In this document: one piece after another, positions 26,885 through 27,703 of the stretch
Numbering within the stretch: the first letter of the stretch is position 1
How the letters are laid out: each line of letters starts with the position of its first letter
Assembly: GCA_037133055.1 (NCBI GenBank)
Contig: JBAXOY010000030.1
Span: 1 to 27,703 of the forward strand
Direction of reading: 5' to 3'
Length of the DNA: 27,703 nucleotides
Source: Chlamydiota bacterium
Lineage (GTDB): Bacteria; Auribacterota; Tritonobacteria; UBA1439
Made by a program: the position numbers and the translations under genes
Notes under the pieces: model-generated
What the model was told of the DNA's origin: nothing
Database searches by the model: none
The model's input: only the letters and a program-made list of their open reading frames with translations

Positions 26885-27701
26885 AACGTATATCGAGGAT
26901 GTCGCCGTCCTCCACGATATAGTCTTTTCCCTTGAGGTAGGCTTTCCCCGCCTCCTTGACCCTGTCCTCGCTCCCGAGCCCGGCGAGATCGTCGTACTTC
27001 ATCACCTCCGCCCGGATGAACCCGCGCTCCATGTCCGAGTGCACGACGCCCGCCGCGACCGGGGCCGGTGAGCCTGCCTGCACGAGCCACTGCCGGACCT
27101 CGTCGGCGCCGACGGTAAAAAAGGAGACGAGTTCGAGCGCCGTGAGGCAGAGCCGGCTCAGGGCGTCGACGGCGGGCTCGGCGATCCCCAGGGCTTCCAG
27201 GAATGCCGCCTTTTCCCCCTCCGACTCGAGCCGCGCGATCTCCGACTCCACCTTCGCGGAGACGGTCATGGCGTGGATGCCGTGGGGGCGGTAGCGCGCG
27301 GCGACCCGTTCGAGCAGGCCGCGGTCGCGGAGCGCCTCCTCCGACACGTTCAAGGCGAGGAGCAACTGCATCCCCGTGATGAACGGGTAGCCCGCGATCA
27401 TCTTTCTCTCTTCCGGGGTGAGGGGGAGGGTCCTCAGGGGGAGTTCGTGCTCAAGATGGGCCTTGATCCTCCCGAAGAGCGCCTTCTCGCGGAGCGTCGC
27501 GTCGTCGGCCTTCTTCTTGAGCGCGTGGTCGATCCTCTCGATCCGATTTTCGGCGAAGACGAGGTCGTGGAGGAGGAGTTCCGCGTTCACGGCGTCGATG
27601 TCCCTGAACGGGTCCACGGATCCGTCGACGTGGTACACCGTCTCGTCGCGGAACTCGCGGACGACGTGGCAGATTGCGTCGGCGTCCGCGATATCCTTGA
27701 A
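26874..27701 (-). CDS. ychF: YchF/Ola1 ATPase, C-terminal part (5'-truncated by window)
   Basis: ADAICHVVR, HVDGSVDP, SFFTVGADEVR, HSDMERGFIRAEV and GKDYIVEDGD motifs. Confidence 0.93.
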   Translation of the reverse strand, partial: FKDIADADAICHVVREFRDETVYHVDGSVDPFRDIDAVNAELLLHDLVFAENRIERIDHALKKKADDATLREKALFGRIKAHLEHELPLRTLPLTPEERKMIAGYPFITGMQLLLALNVSEEALRDRGLLERVAARYRPHGIHAMTVSAKVESEIARLESEGEKAAFLEALGIAEPAVDALSRLCLTALELVSFFTVGADEVRQWLVQAGSPAPVAAGVVHSDMERGFIRAEVMKYDDLAGLGSEDRVKEAGKAYLKGKDYIVEDGDILDIRFSV

Positions 27702-27703
27702 CA

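Noticed and set aside
1..27703. Stop-codon recoding, programmed frameshifts, inteins or pseudogenes
   Set aside because: All recognised genes read through intact in the standard code; no intein motifs or split genes seen.

Overview
GC-rich bacterial chromosomal window, mostly housekeeping and envelope genes. In order: partial ThiI/MnmA-like tRNA-modification gene, GT87 glycosyltransferase, tRNA-Leu(CAA), a probable envelope operon (AsmA-like, alkaline-phosphatase-superfamily lipoprotein, unknown lipoprotein, permuted papain-like protein, DUF4126), a lower-GC RelE/HigB-type toxin-antitoxin islet, a minus-strand recJ-MFS-double-length uvrA unit, and a plus-strand run (alpha/beta-hydrolase lipoprotein, small ORF, PmtA/OlsG-like methyltransferase, murI, DUF362, yjbQ, macrodomain, Zn-ribbon/CBM-like, PilZ-like, acetolactate decarboxylase) converging on partial ychF. 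The most notable signal is a set of short palindromic elements. Two related CCTGCCCGCC...GGCGGG hairpins sit in frame inside protein genes: 18 codons in uvrA and 12-13 codons in the phosphodiesterase. A 61-bp element with perfect 16-bp inverted repeats supplies the recJ stop codon, and a nested repeat cassette lies upstream of murI. No transposase, integrase or CRISPR array is visible. Family calls come from motif recognition by eye; no searches were run.
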